Virus record (IMG/VR): IMGVR_UViG_3300002835_007718
Span: 20,023-84,022 of that record
Length of the DNA stretch: 64,000 bases
From: a virus
Strand: one strand, 5' to 3'
The position numbers and the translations under genes are program-made. Below are positions 39,448-49,340 of this stretch, in pieces; within the stretch, counting starts at the first letter, position 1; each line of letters starts with the position of its first letter. Below the pieces are notes generated by a model that was given only the letters and a program-made list of their open reading frames with translations, was not told the origin of the DNA and did not search any database.

Positions 39448-40527
39448 TTACAATTTTTCAAATTTAGGTTTGATTAGTTTCCAAATAGTTGGTAAAATAG
39501 GCTTCCCATTATACATAGAAAATAAAACAGAGTTGTATTTGTGCGATTTAACTTCTTCCGCGTATTCTTTTTTTTGTAGATGCTTCAATTCATTAAATCT
39601 ATTGATACAAACAGTTTCAATTTTATTGTAGTTTGTTTTTAGCTCGGTTTCGTATTCTTTGATTTTATCGTAGAACTCGTCTGGAACATCCTTTAACAAA
39701 TCTTCCATATCATTACCATTGGAAAGTATTTCCCAAATTGATTTGGTAGATACTTCGGTCATAATTTTGTGCAACCTGACATACTCTTCAAACTTAATTT
39801 TCATTCTAAAGTTGCCAGGAAAATATCTTAAAACAAAACCCTCTTTGTTAACTTCATTCTTTTCTTTTAATGAATTGTAAAGGTCATCTGAAAAATTAAA
39901 ATGTTGTTCGGTTTTAACAATATCAGATTTGTTGATTCCGTTTGCTGAGAAAATAGAACAAGCCGTTGTCCAATGAAGTTCAGTTTCATCAGTTGGTTTC
40001 CAACCTGAAAATCCTTCGTTTAAAACCACAGATAAAAAAGTGATTTTTTCTTCACCATAGTTCACAACAATACGATTTTCAGGATAAATAATTTCTACAA
40101 GATAAGCATATTCTTTCATCCAAACTTTATCAAAGACTGAATAATTTCTTTTAAGAATTTCCATACCTTTGATTGATTGGTCTGAAGTAAATGAACCACG
40201 AGTCGCCATAATCCACTCACCTTCGTAGTTGAATAGAATACCCAATGACCCATCCATTTTTTCTTGGATGTAGACATAATCGCCTTTGGTTGGTATCATA
40301 CCTTTACCTGCGACCTCTTCATAGTTAAAGAATTTTGGGAATGGTCGAACCAATATCTTACCGGTATTATTATCGGTGATAAGTCCTCTACACATCATCG
40401 TAATCTCATCCCACTTACTTTCGTATTGAGTAGTTTGGGAGTAGTTCCAAATAGTCAAAGGTAAGGTTGGGTGGGTTTGTTTAATCAACCAACCATCTTC
40501 GTAGTATTTGTTTAAGATTTCTAACAT
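39448..40527 (-). CDS. RNA ligase (T4 Rnl1 family)
   Basis: CRGLI, PFPKFFN, EKMDGSLG, EGFVL and MKIK. Confidence 0.9.
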   Translation of the reverse strand: MLEILNKYYEDGWLIKQTHPTLPLTIWNYSQTTQYESKWDEITMMCRGLITDNNTGKILVRPFPKFFNYEEVAGKGMIPTKGDYVYIQEKMDGSLGILFNYEGEWIMATRGSFTSDQSIKGMEILKRNYSVFDKVWMKEYAYLVEIIYPENRIVVNYGEEKITFLSVVLNEGFSGWKPTDETELHWTTACSIFSANGINKSDIVKTEQHFNFSDDLYNSLKEKNEVNKEGFVLRYFPGNFRMKIKFEEYVRLHKIMTEVSTKSIWEILSNGNDMEDLLKDVPDEFYDKIKEYETELKTNYNKIETVCINRFNELKHLQKKEYAEEVKSHKYNSVLFSMYNGKPILPTIWKLIKPKFEKL

Positions 40528-40528
40528 T

Positions 40529-41143
40529 TTAATTTAAGCTATTTGGGTAGTATAAAAGGGTTGGGTTTTTCTTTTGGATATCAGGCAATTCACCTTCTAC
40601 TGACATAAGCCGATTAAACTCCATTACATCAAAACGACTGGTGATTAAGTGGTAACCATTTTTAGTTGGGATAATCGCCTCAATCTTATTACCCTTCGGT
40701 TTACAACATTCATTAATTACTGTTTTAGTTTTAAGGAGATATAATCCACCACGTGTATCAACATCCACAATCCAACGTTTCTCATAGGTTTTCAACTGAC
40801 CAACAACCGAATCAAATAAGTTCTTTTGGTTATGTTGACCATTACGAATCTTTTCAGCCAAAGTAACCATCATTTCCAACGAAACATCTTTATGGTTTTG
40901 TTTCTGAATGTGGATATAAGCTCTTGCTTTAAACGTTTCACATAACTTCTGAATCTCATCCATTCGGTTTTCCAAATACTGAATACTATCAACACAATAG
41001 GTTTTGATAGTTCGGACCGATTGGTGGTTATCTCGTTCACCTTCCGGCTGGTCTTTCTTTCGTTTGAAGATGTAAAGCATATAGAAGTCACCTTCATTGT
41101 CAAAGTTTAAAAGTGGTTTGATGGGGTCTAAATTGTTAATCAT
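40529..41143 (-). CDS. Hypothetical protein with AEP (primase-polymerase)-like motifs
   Basis: WIVDVD and TKNGYHL. Confidence 0.5.
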   Translation of the reverse strand: MINNLDPIKPLLNFDNEGDFYMLYIFKRKKDQPEGERDNHQSVRTIKTYCVDSIQYLENRMDEIQKLCETFKARAYIHIQKQNHKDVSLEMMVTLAEKIRNGQHNQKNLFDSVVGQLKTYEKRWIVDVDTRGGLYLLKTKTVINECCKPKGNKIEAIIPTKNGYHLITSRFDVMEFNRLMSVEGELPDIQKKNPTLLYYPNSLN

Positions 41144-41148
41144 AACTT

Positions 41149-41316
41149 TTATTTATAATACATTTTAATAGTTTCCTCAATTTCTTCAGGTGTTAAACTA
41201 TCACCTATTTCTTCAAGCATTTCTATGGTTGATGTACTAGTTTCTCCATAAGTGTCGATTTCACGATTAGCTCTTTCTTGCAACTCAATAAATCTTTTAA
41301 CTTTTTGAATATTCAT
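41149..41316 (-). CDS. Small hypothetical protein (55 aa; below the track cutoff)
   Basis: MNIQKVKRFIELQER...IKMYYK* with an AAAGTTATG start context; fills the gap between neighbours. Confidence 0.6.
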   Translation of the reverse strand: MNIQKVKRFIELQERANREIDTYGETSTSTIEMLEEIGDSLTPEEIEETIKMYYK

Positions 41317-41340
41317 AACTTTTATTTTTATAGTTTATAA

Positions 41341-41700
41341 TTAGATACCTTGCTCTCTGCGCAAATCATATTCTTCTTTCTCAAACTCCGAATATTCAAC
41401 CACCTTTAAATAAGGGTCAAACTTTGTTTCGTAATAACCATTCAGATTAGCCATACGAATCATTGAATCAATGAATGATTTACGAACAAACGTCATATCA
41501 GATGAACCAAACCCTTGGTCTTCCGGCCAGTCTTGGTAATCTTCAGCCACATCGTTAAGGGCTTCGTAAACTGCATCAGCGTAAGTAATCACGCGTTTTG
41601 TGTATTTTCCTTCCACCGGAAATGTGTTTCGGATTACATCAAATCCTTCGATTAACGAAGAAGAGGCAAGAACTGAATTAAGGTTAAATGGTAAGCTCAT
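41341..41700 (-). CDS. Hypothetical protein
   Basis: ORF downstream of the 41731 promoter; start MSLPF preferred, 41730 possible. Confidence 0.6.
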   Translation of the reverse strand: MSLPFNLNSVLASSSLIEGFDVIRNTFPVEGKYTKRVITYADAVYEALNDVAEDYQDWPEDQGFGSSDMTFVRKSFIDSMIRMANLNGYYETKFDPYLKVVEYSEFEKEEYDLRREQGI

Positions 41701-41730
41701 AGTATAAAGGGGTTTAAGTGTCTCAATCAT

Positions 41731-41793
41731 TACTATACAAATATAACAAAAAAGTTTGGATTGCCCAAACTTTCAATGTTAAATTTATGTTAA
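41731..41793 (-). promoter_or_regulatory. Promoter with an upstream TTAACA direct repeat (11-bp phase)
   Basis: Minus strand TTAACA-TAAAT-TTAACA-TTGAAAGTTTGG...GTTATATTTG. Confidence 0.7.
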
Positions 41794-41799
41794 ATAATA

Positions 41800-42372
41800 T
41801 TATTGTGACACTCTTGCATACTCAATGTAATCCGTAACATAGTTACGAATACCCTCCATATTTGCTTCTGCAAGAAGAACTAATCGCCGATTTGTATCAA
41901 ATATACCGGTATCCATGCCAGAGTCATTTAATTTACCAGTTAGCTTCCATGGTAGTGTTAATTTTAAGTAAAAAATTTCATTTGCTTTTTCAAATGAATC
42001 CGAGTCCACCTCTGTAATGATTGATTGAAAATGTCTTTTTAAAAAAAACCTATTGTAAAACCCGTTTGTGTAATCATTTTCAGTTGGTATTGGTTTACCA
42101 TAATTTATAAAATTAATTTTTACTACTTCCGATTGTTTAATCAAATCGTATTCAAATTTTTTATTTACAACATCCAAATTAAGGTCTAAATATGGAATAA
42201 GTTTTTTAGACAATCCTAAAATGTATGATGAAAGTGTAAACACCTCATTTGTGATGTATCTATGGTAGTCACCAATATATTCGGTGCCATCTTCCAACAT
42301 CCACTCTTTACCTTCGGTATAAAGCCCTCGTTGAATTTCGCCTTCAGGATAATATATTTTTTTTCTAGCCAT
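41800..42372 (-). CDS. Hypothetical protein (end of the tail/baseplate operon)
   Basis: 190 aa, overlapping the upstream gene's stop. Confidence 0.65.
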   Translation of the reverse strand: MARKKIYYPEGEIQRGLYTEGKEWMLEDGTEYIGDYHRYITNEVFTLSSYILGLSKKLIPYLDLNLDVVNKKFEYDLIKQSEVVKINFINYGKPIPTENDYTNGFYNRFFLKRHFQSIITEVDSDSFEKANEIFYLKLTLPWKLTGKLNDSGMDTGIFDTNRRLVLLAEANMEGIRNYVTDYIEYARVSQ

Positions 42373-44075
42373 TATGTCGTTACCATCATATATCCAACAA
42401 CAGTAGTTTCGAATATTGCGCCATCTACTTTATGTTCAATTTCACCCACTACAAAAGTTATGTTACCAGTTCCAACGGAGGCCGGTATTGGGTCAACTGA
42501 AAATGATTGTCCAAATTTTGGATTAAATCCATCTACAGTTACACTTAAATCAATATTATATCTAATAGATATTTTTTTACCAGGTAATTTTGAATTTATA
42601 TATTCGCGAAGTATTTTTTTAAAATCAGTAGAAGTTGAGGTATCATATTTATTACCCATTTCTATAATTTTTTGTTTTAATTTTTCTTCAGATTCACTAC
42701 TATCTATCGGAACTTTTGGAGAACACCCCCCAAATACATTAGATGCCATATTGTTTGGATATTTGCCACTTCCACCTGAAAATGCAATAGCTGCCATATC
42801 AGGATCCATATTAGATGACATATTAACTGATTTTACAGGACTATTAGGGCTTCTTAATGAAAGTATTGAGTTTCCGCTATATGCTATGTCGTATTTTTTA
42901 TTTACAATTTGAAATATATTTTTATTGTCAGGATCCGTTGTTATAACTAACTCAACAACTCCACCACTTAAATTTGAAATTTCTCCAAATAATTTTGATA
43001 GATAGGTGTTTACTGAATATTCACCTTTTTTATCTTTATTAGATTGTTTATTTAATAAATCATCTTCTATTTTTTTTAAAAATTGTGTAGATATCCATAA
43101 ATCGTTAGCGTCACCCATGTTACCTGCTAAGTCTGAAAAATTATTTTTATTTTCTCCGGCAGCGACATAAGCTCCGCCAGACGATGGAAAACATACCATA
43201 AGTGGGTCTGCTGACTTTAAAAATGGGAAGCTATGATATTTACCAGATAAAAATTGATATTGTTTTCCATTAGCAGATTTTGCTATTGCCGTATTGATTT
43301 CTGAAATTACTCTACGTAGTTTAACCACAGTTGCGTAATTTGAAGTATCACTAAAAAATCCGGATTCTACAAACGCATTAATAATTCCAAAATCACCCTT
43401 TGCTTTAGCTGAACCATCTTTTGATGGAATTCCTGCGCCAACTAATTCACCATCTTCGTTACGACTAACCCCTAATTCAGATTGGGCTTTAATATCTAAT
43501 GCAGCAAACAAACTATATCCATTTTTTTCACCAACAGAATCTTTTACAGAACTACCACCATCTCCCGTTGGTAAAGTAATACCCCCAGCCGTTCCAGCAG
43601 CACTACCTATTGCTTTTCCTGTGCAACTCCAAGACCCATCCTCCACATTGTAATTCCAACTAAAATCAAATATTGCAGCTTCAGATATACTAACAGAGTT
43701 TCCTGTATTATATCCAAAATTTACATTTATTAACGCGCCAGGTATCATAAACGAAGTTGCGCAAGCATCAAGTGTTGCTTTATCATAAACATTGTATTGA
43801 AATTCAATTTCCCACAATGCAGCTTCTGACAAATCACCACCACCATGGTTTTTAGTAGTAATGGATGTTAAATATGGGCCTGGAGCATACCTGCCACCAC
43901 GTTTTACATCAGGCGGAGCTCCATTAAAAAAACTTAATGTTTGACTACCAGCGCACGTAAATTGGTTATTGCCTACAGCAGTTACAGTTCCATAGGCTCG
44001 TCTTTTGTAGTTTGTTTGTTTACTACTAGCGGGCCCACTTGGCCAAGATACAAGTCCAGCGTCAAAAATTCCCAT
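42372..44075 (-). CDS. Putative baseplate hub / tail structural protein
   Basis: Position after the tape measure and LysM-like genes; FDFSW...WSC and a C-terminal VTVDG...FVV.EIEHKV motif. Confidence 0.5.
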   Translation of the reverse strand: MGIFDAGLVSWPSGPASSKQTNYKRRAYGTVTAVGNNQFTCAGSQTLSFFNGAPPDVKRGGRYAPGPYLTSITTKNHGGGDLSEAALWEIEFQYNVYDKATLDACATSFMIPGALINVNFGYNTGNSVSISEAAIFDFSWNYNVEDGSWSCTGKAIGSAAGTAGGITLPTGDGGSSVKDSVGEKNGYSLFAALDIKAQSELGVSRNEDGELVGAGIPSKDGSAKAKGDFGIINAFVESGFFSDTSNYATVVKLRRVISEINTAIAKSANGKQYQFLSGKYHSFPFLKSADPLMVCFPSSGGAYVAAGENKNNFSDLAGNMGDANDLWISTQFLKKIEDDLLNKQSNKDKKGEYSVNTYLSKLFGEISNLSGGVVELVITTDPDNKNIFQIVNKKYDIAYSGNSILSLRSPNSPVKSVNMSSNMDPDMAAIAFSGGSGKYPNNMASNVFGGCSPKVPIDSSESEEKLKQKIIEMGNKYDTSTSTDFKKILREYINSKLPGKKISIRYNIDLSVTVDGFNPKFGQSFSVDPIPASVGTGNITFVVGEIEHKVDGAIFETTVVGYMMVTT

Positions 44076-44078
44076 AAT

Positions 44079-44384
44079 TTATTTTGTATTTAAATTTAAG
44101 TATTCTGTCTCAATTTCATTAATAGAATCAGGATTTGGAATTCTTATTTGTATACCCAATGGAACTACAAAATCACCATATCCGATATTATTAGCTCTAG
44201 CAATTACCCACCAATAAGTAGAATTGCCGTAATACTTAAATGCAAGATTATCCAACCTATCACCAACTTGACCTGTAATATAAATGTCATTAATTGTTGG
44301 TTCAATTATAGGAAAAACAGTTGTAGATAAAAACTTTCTACCACTATTATCTTTTAAAACTTGTATGTTTTTATATCTTTCCAT
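44079..44384 (-). CDS. LysM-like baseplate/tail protein (gp53/tail X-like)
   Basis: GDRLDNLAFKYYG...WWVIARAN...QIRIP. Confidence 0.8.
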   Translation of the reverse strand: MERYKNIQVLKDNSGRKFLSTTVFPIIEPTINDIYITGQVGDRLDNLAFKYYGNSTYWWVIARANNIGYGDFVVPLGIQIRIPNPDSINEIETEYLNLNTK

Positions 44385-44390
44385 ATTCTA

Positions 44391-47156
44391 TTATGCAAAT
44401 TTTGGTAATGATTCAAATGAATATATACTATCACTACTTTTGTAGTAATCTTCGGTTGGTAGTATTGTTAATGATACAGCAATATCCATTCCCATCGCTA
44501 ATTCTGCAAGTTCCCCATCTTGATTTAACTCCCATGACATATCATCTGGAATTGTATAGGTTAACGATGTAATAAGAGTTGGAATGCCAGCGGTGCCATT
44601 TCCCCAAAGTTGACCAAGCCTAAAATAACAAATGTGACCTGTGTAAGTATCACTACCATATGTAGGTAATGTTAATTTTGCAAGAGTTGCAATTTTTTGC
44701 CACATTGTTTTCATTTCAGAACGCGATTGAGCATAAGCTTTAAAATTAAATGAAAGGGTTCTTTCAAATTCCTCATACATATAAGACTTATCTGCTCTTC
44801 CAGGATATTTGATACCATTCCATGAAGGTGAAAATGTTTCAGTAATACCATTTACAGTTCCTCTGAATTGTATAATTCTATTTAGGTCTGGAGTTCCATT
44901 ACCTCTATCATACGTAAAAAACAAATGAACAAAATCTTGTCCAAGTGTATTATTATATAAACTTGAGTTTATAGGGTCGGCGTTTCCAAGTGTATTATCA
45001 TATTTTGTAGAATCTGCCCCAAATAATCTTTTTAATGTTTTTTCACTACGAGGTAGTGGTTTTGGCAATTTATATTTAGATTCTCTCGATTGTTTAGAAT
45101 ACTCATAGTCCGAGCCTCCAAGTATATTTTGTTTAAATGCATCTCCATCATCCAATTCGTCATACATTTCTCTAAAGTCAGTAGCACTTCTTCTTATAAG
45201 TTTGGCGTTTTCAGAAATTAATCCATATGAGATTGCTTGATAATCTGCAATATCAGGCTGACCTGCAATTAAACCTTCCGATTTTAATAGATTTTTTTTA
45301 CGTTCCAAACTTGATGGAGCTACACCAAAGGTTGGCTCTCCGTTATTTGCGTTATCAATTGGGATTGGGGATTGTTCAATAGTTTGGTTAACCACACCAA
45401 ATTTATTAGCTTCATCTACATTTACTGGTAAATCATCTTTATAAGTATTAAATTGAGATGGACTGCCGGGTAAACCAGGCGACACGCTTAAAGGTTCATA
45501 TTTTTGTGAAAATAAAGCCTTTTGATGTGCTAATGTTTTTTCATTGCTTTCAAATGTATTTGAAAATCTTGTTGTGTTTGTTAATCCAATTCCGTATAAT
45601 GAATCAAACCCACCAGTTCGGGTTTGGGTAGCAAAAGGTAAGCCTGTAATTGTTGCCGTTGCGCTAAAAATATGATTACTATATAAGCCTAATAATTTAT
45701 CATCATAACCACTATCTAGCACGTTTTTATAAACACCGGTTGGGTCGCCTGGAAATAATCCATGCCGCGATGGTCTAAATCCAATATGCTGTCCTAATGT
45801 AGTCGCAAGTAAATTTACAGGTGTCCAAAGTGTTCCGTATTTATTTGTTCTTTGAGAACCAAATTGTCTAACAGCCCACAATAAACCTTTTACTGATAAA
45901 AAGAATGCACCAAGTCTAAGTGTATCAGCTACTGCACGAACAGTTGATGCTACAATACCACCTCTAATAAAACCATCGTCAATTCCAAGTCCAAAATCCC
46001 AAAATTCTGGTTCACCTTTGGTTATTTTTTTTCGTTGTATACCTCTTAAAATATACGGAGCTCTTATAATATTTAAAAAATTTGGGGAATCATCTTTTAA
46101 ATTATATTTTGCATACATTTTATCTAAAAATGATGGAGAGCTTCGTTGCTCCATTAATTTAGAAATACTCGTATAAGATTCTTCGTATTTATTACCATCT
46201 GGAGTATATCTTTGGGTATTTCCAGTTTCTTTGCCTAGCTTAAATTCTTTATAACCAGGTCTAAATGATAATCCTTCAAAATTACCATTAAAGTTTCCAT
46301 ATAATGAATTTTTGTTGTCAAATTGAGTTTGTGTAGAATTTACACCAACAAACGAAGATGTTGATTTGTGTTTCAAAAATGGAGAAAACCCAACTGCATT
46401 GCTATTTTCTATAAAATCAACATATTTTAGTTCTTTTGCTTGAAAAACTAAGCCAGGATTAAAAGAAAATTTTACTGGAGTAGTTTGACCAACAAATTGT
46501 GGAGATGCGTCAAATTTTACTGGAGTAGTTTCACCTAAAAATTGTGTAGATGAATCAAATTTTAATGGACTTGTTTCACCCAAAAATTGTGTAGATGAAT
46601 CAAATTTTAATGGACTCGTTTCACCTAAAAATTGCGGAGATAACGATGCCTGTAATTGTGTTGTTTCACCTAAAAATTGTTGCACAAACTTAAATTTTTC
46701 AGGAGTAGTTTGACCTTTAAATTTTTCTACGTTTGAGTAATCTTGAGGGGAGGTTTGACCTTTAAACCTATCACCTTGAACAACATCAGCTGGTGTAGTT
46801 TCACCTTTAAATTTATCTCCTTGTTGAACTACATTTGGAGTGGTTTCTCCTAAGAATCGTTCTAATAAAGAAATTTTGTTTGGAGTAGTTTGACCTAAAT
46901 AATTTGAAGAGTTATCAAATTTTACTGGAGATGTTTCTCCTAAAAATTTTGATGAATTATCAAATTTGTTTGGGTTAACACCTTGTTTAGGAGTTGTAAG
47001 ATTTGACTTTGGGGCAGAGGGGGTTGAGTCCACAAATTGTGATAGTGGAGTTTGATTGGTTGATGTTGGAATTTGCACTCGCTTTTTGTCAACAAGTGGA
47101 TTTTCCACTGGTTTTCTAAATTTAGACAAATCCGATTTTAAATCTTTTAACGCCAT
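44391..47156 (-). CDS. Large tail/baseplate protein with N-terminal 15-aa repeats and a C-terminal tube-initiator-like domain
   Basis: C-terminal FRGTVNGITETFSPSW...GRAD..YMY..FERTLSFNF. Confidence 0.6.
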   Translation of the reverse strand: MALKDLKSDLSKFRKPVENPLVDKKRVQIPTSTNQTPLSQFVDSTPSAPKSNLTTPKQGVNPNKFDNSSKFLGETSPVKFDNSSNYLGQTTPNKISLLERFLGETTPNVVQQGDKFKGETTPADVVQGDRFKGQTSPQDYSNVEKFKGQTTPEKFKFVQQFLGETTQLQASLSPQFLGETSPLKFDSSTQFLGETSPLKFDSSTQFLGETTPVKFDASPQFVGQTTPVKFSFNPGLVFQAKELKYVDFIENSNAVGFSPFLKHKSTSSFVGVNSTQTQFDNKNSLYGNFNGNFEGLSFRPGYKEFKLGKETGNTQRYTPDGNKYEESYTSISKLMEQRSSPSFLDKMYAKYNLKDDSPNFLNIIRAPYILRGIQRKKITKGEPEFWDFGLGIDDGFIRGGIVASTVRAVADTLRLGAFFLSVKGLLWAVRQFGSQRTNKYGTLWTPVNLLATTLGQHIGFRPSRHGLFPGDPTGVYKNVLDSGYDDKLLGLYSNHIFSATATITGLPFATQTRTGGFDSLYGIGLTNTTRFSNTFESNEKTLAHQKALFSQKYEPLSVSPGLPGSPSQFNTYKDDLPVNVDEANKFGVVNQTIEQSPIPIDNANNGEPTFGVAPSSLERKKNLLKSEGLIAGQPDIADYQAISYGLISENAKLIRRSATDFREMYDELDDGDAFKQNILGGSDYEYSKQSRESKYKLPKPLPRSEKTLKRLFGADSTKYDNTLGNADPINSSLYNNTLGQDFVHLFFTYDRGNGTPDLNRIIQFRGTVNGITETFSPSWNGIKYPGRADKSYMYEEFERTLSFNFKAYAQSRSEMKTMWQKIATLAKLTLPTYGSDTYTGHICYFRLGQLWGNGTAGIPTLITSLTYTIPDDMSWELNQDGELAELAMGMDIAVSLTILPTEDYYKSSDSIYSFESLPKFA
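46473..46967 (-). repeat. 11 tandem 45-bp (15-aa) repeats, core [FY]xG[EQ]T[TS]P
   Basis: For example KFDSSTQFLGETSPL and KFDSSTQFLGETTPV. Confidence 0.85.
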
Positions 47157-47165
47157 GTATTACCT

Positions 47166-49322
47166 TTACCTCATTTGGTCTCTATAACCCTGCATACGAG
47201 AATTTTTCTTATTCATTGTTGATATAACTTTATCATCAATAACTATCTGAACTGGTTGATTTTGAATATCAGAACGTAATCCTTTAATTTCTTGTAATAA
47301 TGCGTCAGATGAACTACCTTCAGGTGAATCAACACTACTTTTATCACCACCATCACCACCCATTCCAAGTGCGCTTGTAATTAAAGGTAACATCATACCA
47401 AGAACCAAAAGAGTTGGTAAAAACAATGTTACCGCTGCGAGTCCAACTGACATTGCAAGTAACCCTACCCCTAATAACCCAAAAATACCTGCGAGAGCTA
47501 TAAGACCTGGTGCAATTAATACCAAAGCGGTTAATTGTGTGGTTAATTCACCCATCATTCCAAATCCGGTAGCAATTTCTTGAATCGCTTTACCAAGAAC
47601 AAATAATGCGGATGCGATTACTAACATAGCAGCGGCACCAGCAATAATAGCTACTGCGCCTACACCTGACATCATAATAGTTCCAACTAATGCAAGAGCA
47701 CCAACAAGGGCCAACATAGATACAACTGCCATACCAACGGCTTCCCAAGAAACACTCATAAATTCTTGAACTGCTTTACCAAATACAAATACCGAAGCCG
47801 CTACTAATACAAGAGCAGCGCCACCTGCAATTAGTTTTTTGGCATCAATTTTTTCAATAGCATCGGTCATACCGCTAAACATACTACCGCCACCAGCAGC
47901 GCCACCAGCACCACCACCAGCAGCACCAACACTTTTTGATAAATTTTTCATCATAAAATATTGACCTATCATTTGAGCTAAAAGTGGTAAAGATGACATA
48001 GCACCTTGTTTGATAGTATTAAACATTGCTTTTTGAGCTGCTTCTTGTTCTTGAATAGCAATGGCTTGTTCCGTGGTCGTAACACCAGTTTCTTTCATTA
48101 TTTTATCTAAAGCTTCTTGTTTAGTAACCATTTCAGTAAGTTGGTCTGATGTCATACCATATGATTCCGCTAAAAATCCAATTTGTTTAACACCCATGTT
48201 TCCAAGTTGTTCGGAAGTTAGTCCAGCCTCTTTCATTGCCTCTGCCATTTGCTCCATACCTTGAGCTCTATCACCATATTGGATTTCCATGGCAGCGTTT
48301 CTCATCTTTTCAGTATCACCTAACATTTCGCCTAAACCAAATTGTCTGGCTTTCATTTGGGCTCTTAAAGATGATTCGACATCTAACATATTTGATGACA
48401 TATCCTCCATTAAACCCATTGACATACCTTGTTTTTGTAATTGTGCTGTTTTTTGAGCAAGATATTTTAATTCTTCTTTTGATTTACCCACCATAGCAGT
48501 CATATTTGAAGACATATCTTTCAAAACCGCAGAAGCATTAACTCCCGCATCTTGAGCAATTGCTTGGATTTCAGCAGTTAATTCAGAAGCATTGCCTGAT
48601 GCTGATTGGAATATGGAATTCATTTGGGCAGCACCCTCGACTCCCATAGCGCTTAATTTTGTAATATTTTTTTGCATATCAGCTGTAATTACAGCCGTGC
48701 TTCCATAATATTCGGAAGCATCTTTTGCAGCATTTGCTAAGGCTTCACCACCATACAACAACCCCTCCATGGAAAGCATAGCAGACATGGTTTGTGCTCC
48801 CAATCTTGCAGATTCTGCGGCAGTAGCACCAGTTTGGGTATAAAGTTCTTTTGCAAGACCAACAGTAGATTCAAATGCTGAAGTAATCATTTCCGATGCT
48901 TTTTTAGCAAGAACCATACCGGCCCCAAACGCAGTTCCAGCCTTCAACATATCACCAAGAGTTCCCAATGACCCTAATAGATTATCTTTAAAGTCTTTGG
49001 TGAGGTCTTTTATTTCTTCTTCTTTATCTTTTTGTTGTTTTTTTAATTCAAGGATTTCCTTCATCCTATCTAACTGTTCAATATAAGTTTGGTTTACAGT
49101 ATCACCACGTTGAATTTGTTCTAATAACAAATCATCAATAGCTTTTTGGATACTTTCAATTTGATTTCCAAGCTCTTTTTCTTCTTGTAATTTATCTAAC
49201 AGCTGTGTTTTAACATCACGACCTTTTTCAGATAAAAAAAGATGCGTCTTTACACTATCTACAAGAGCGTTTTGAAGATTTATCTCACTTTGAAGTTGTT
49301 CTTTTCTATCACTAACAGCCAT
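47166..49322 (-). CDS. Tape measure protein
   Basis: Ala/Met-rich helical protein with hydrophobic C-terminal segments; downstream of the tube and chaperone genes. Confidence 0.8.
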   Translation of the reverse strand: MAVSDRKEQLQSEINLQNALVDSVKTHLFLSEKGRDVKTQLLDKLQEEKELGNQIESIQKAIDDLLLEQIQRGDTVNQTYIEQLDRMKEILELKKQQKDKEEEIKDLTKDFKDNLLGSLGTLGDMLKAGTAFGAGMVLAKKASEMITSAFESTVGLAKELYTQTGATAAESARLGAQTMSAMLSMEGLLYGGEALANAAKDASEYYGSTAVITADMQKNITKLSAMGVEGAAQMNSIFQSASGNASELTAEIQAIAQDAGVNASAVLKDMSSNMTAMVGKSKEELKYLAQKTAQLQKQGMSMGLMEDMSSNMLDVESSLRAQMKARQFGLGEMLGDTEKMRNAAMEIQYGDRAQGMEQMAEAMKEAGLTSEQLGNMGVKQIGFLAESYGMTSDQLTEMVTKQEALDKIMKETGVTTTEQAIAIQEQEAAQKAMFNTIKQGAMSSLPLLAQMIGQYFMMKNLSKSVGAAGGGAGGAAGGGSMFSGMTDAIEKIDAKKLIAGGAALVLVAASVFVFGKAVQEFMSVSWEAVGMAVVSMLALVGALALVGTIMMSGVGAVAIIAGAAAMLVIASALFVLGKAIQEIATGFGMMGELTTQLTALVLIAPGLIALAGIFGLLGVGLLAMSVGLAAVTLFLPTLLVLGMMLPLITSALGMGGDGGDKSSVDSPEGSSSDALLQEIKGLRSDIQNQPVQIVIDDKVISTMNKKNSRMQGYRDQMR

Positions 49323-49340
49323 CAGAAATCCTTAAATGGG

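Noticed and set aside
42262-42912. 216-aa plus-strand ORF and other plus-strand ORFs
   Set aside because: They are antisense to well-supported minus-strand genes and have no recognisable motifs.
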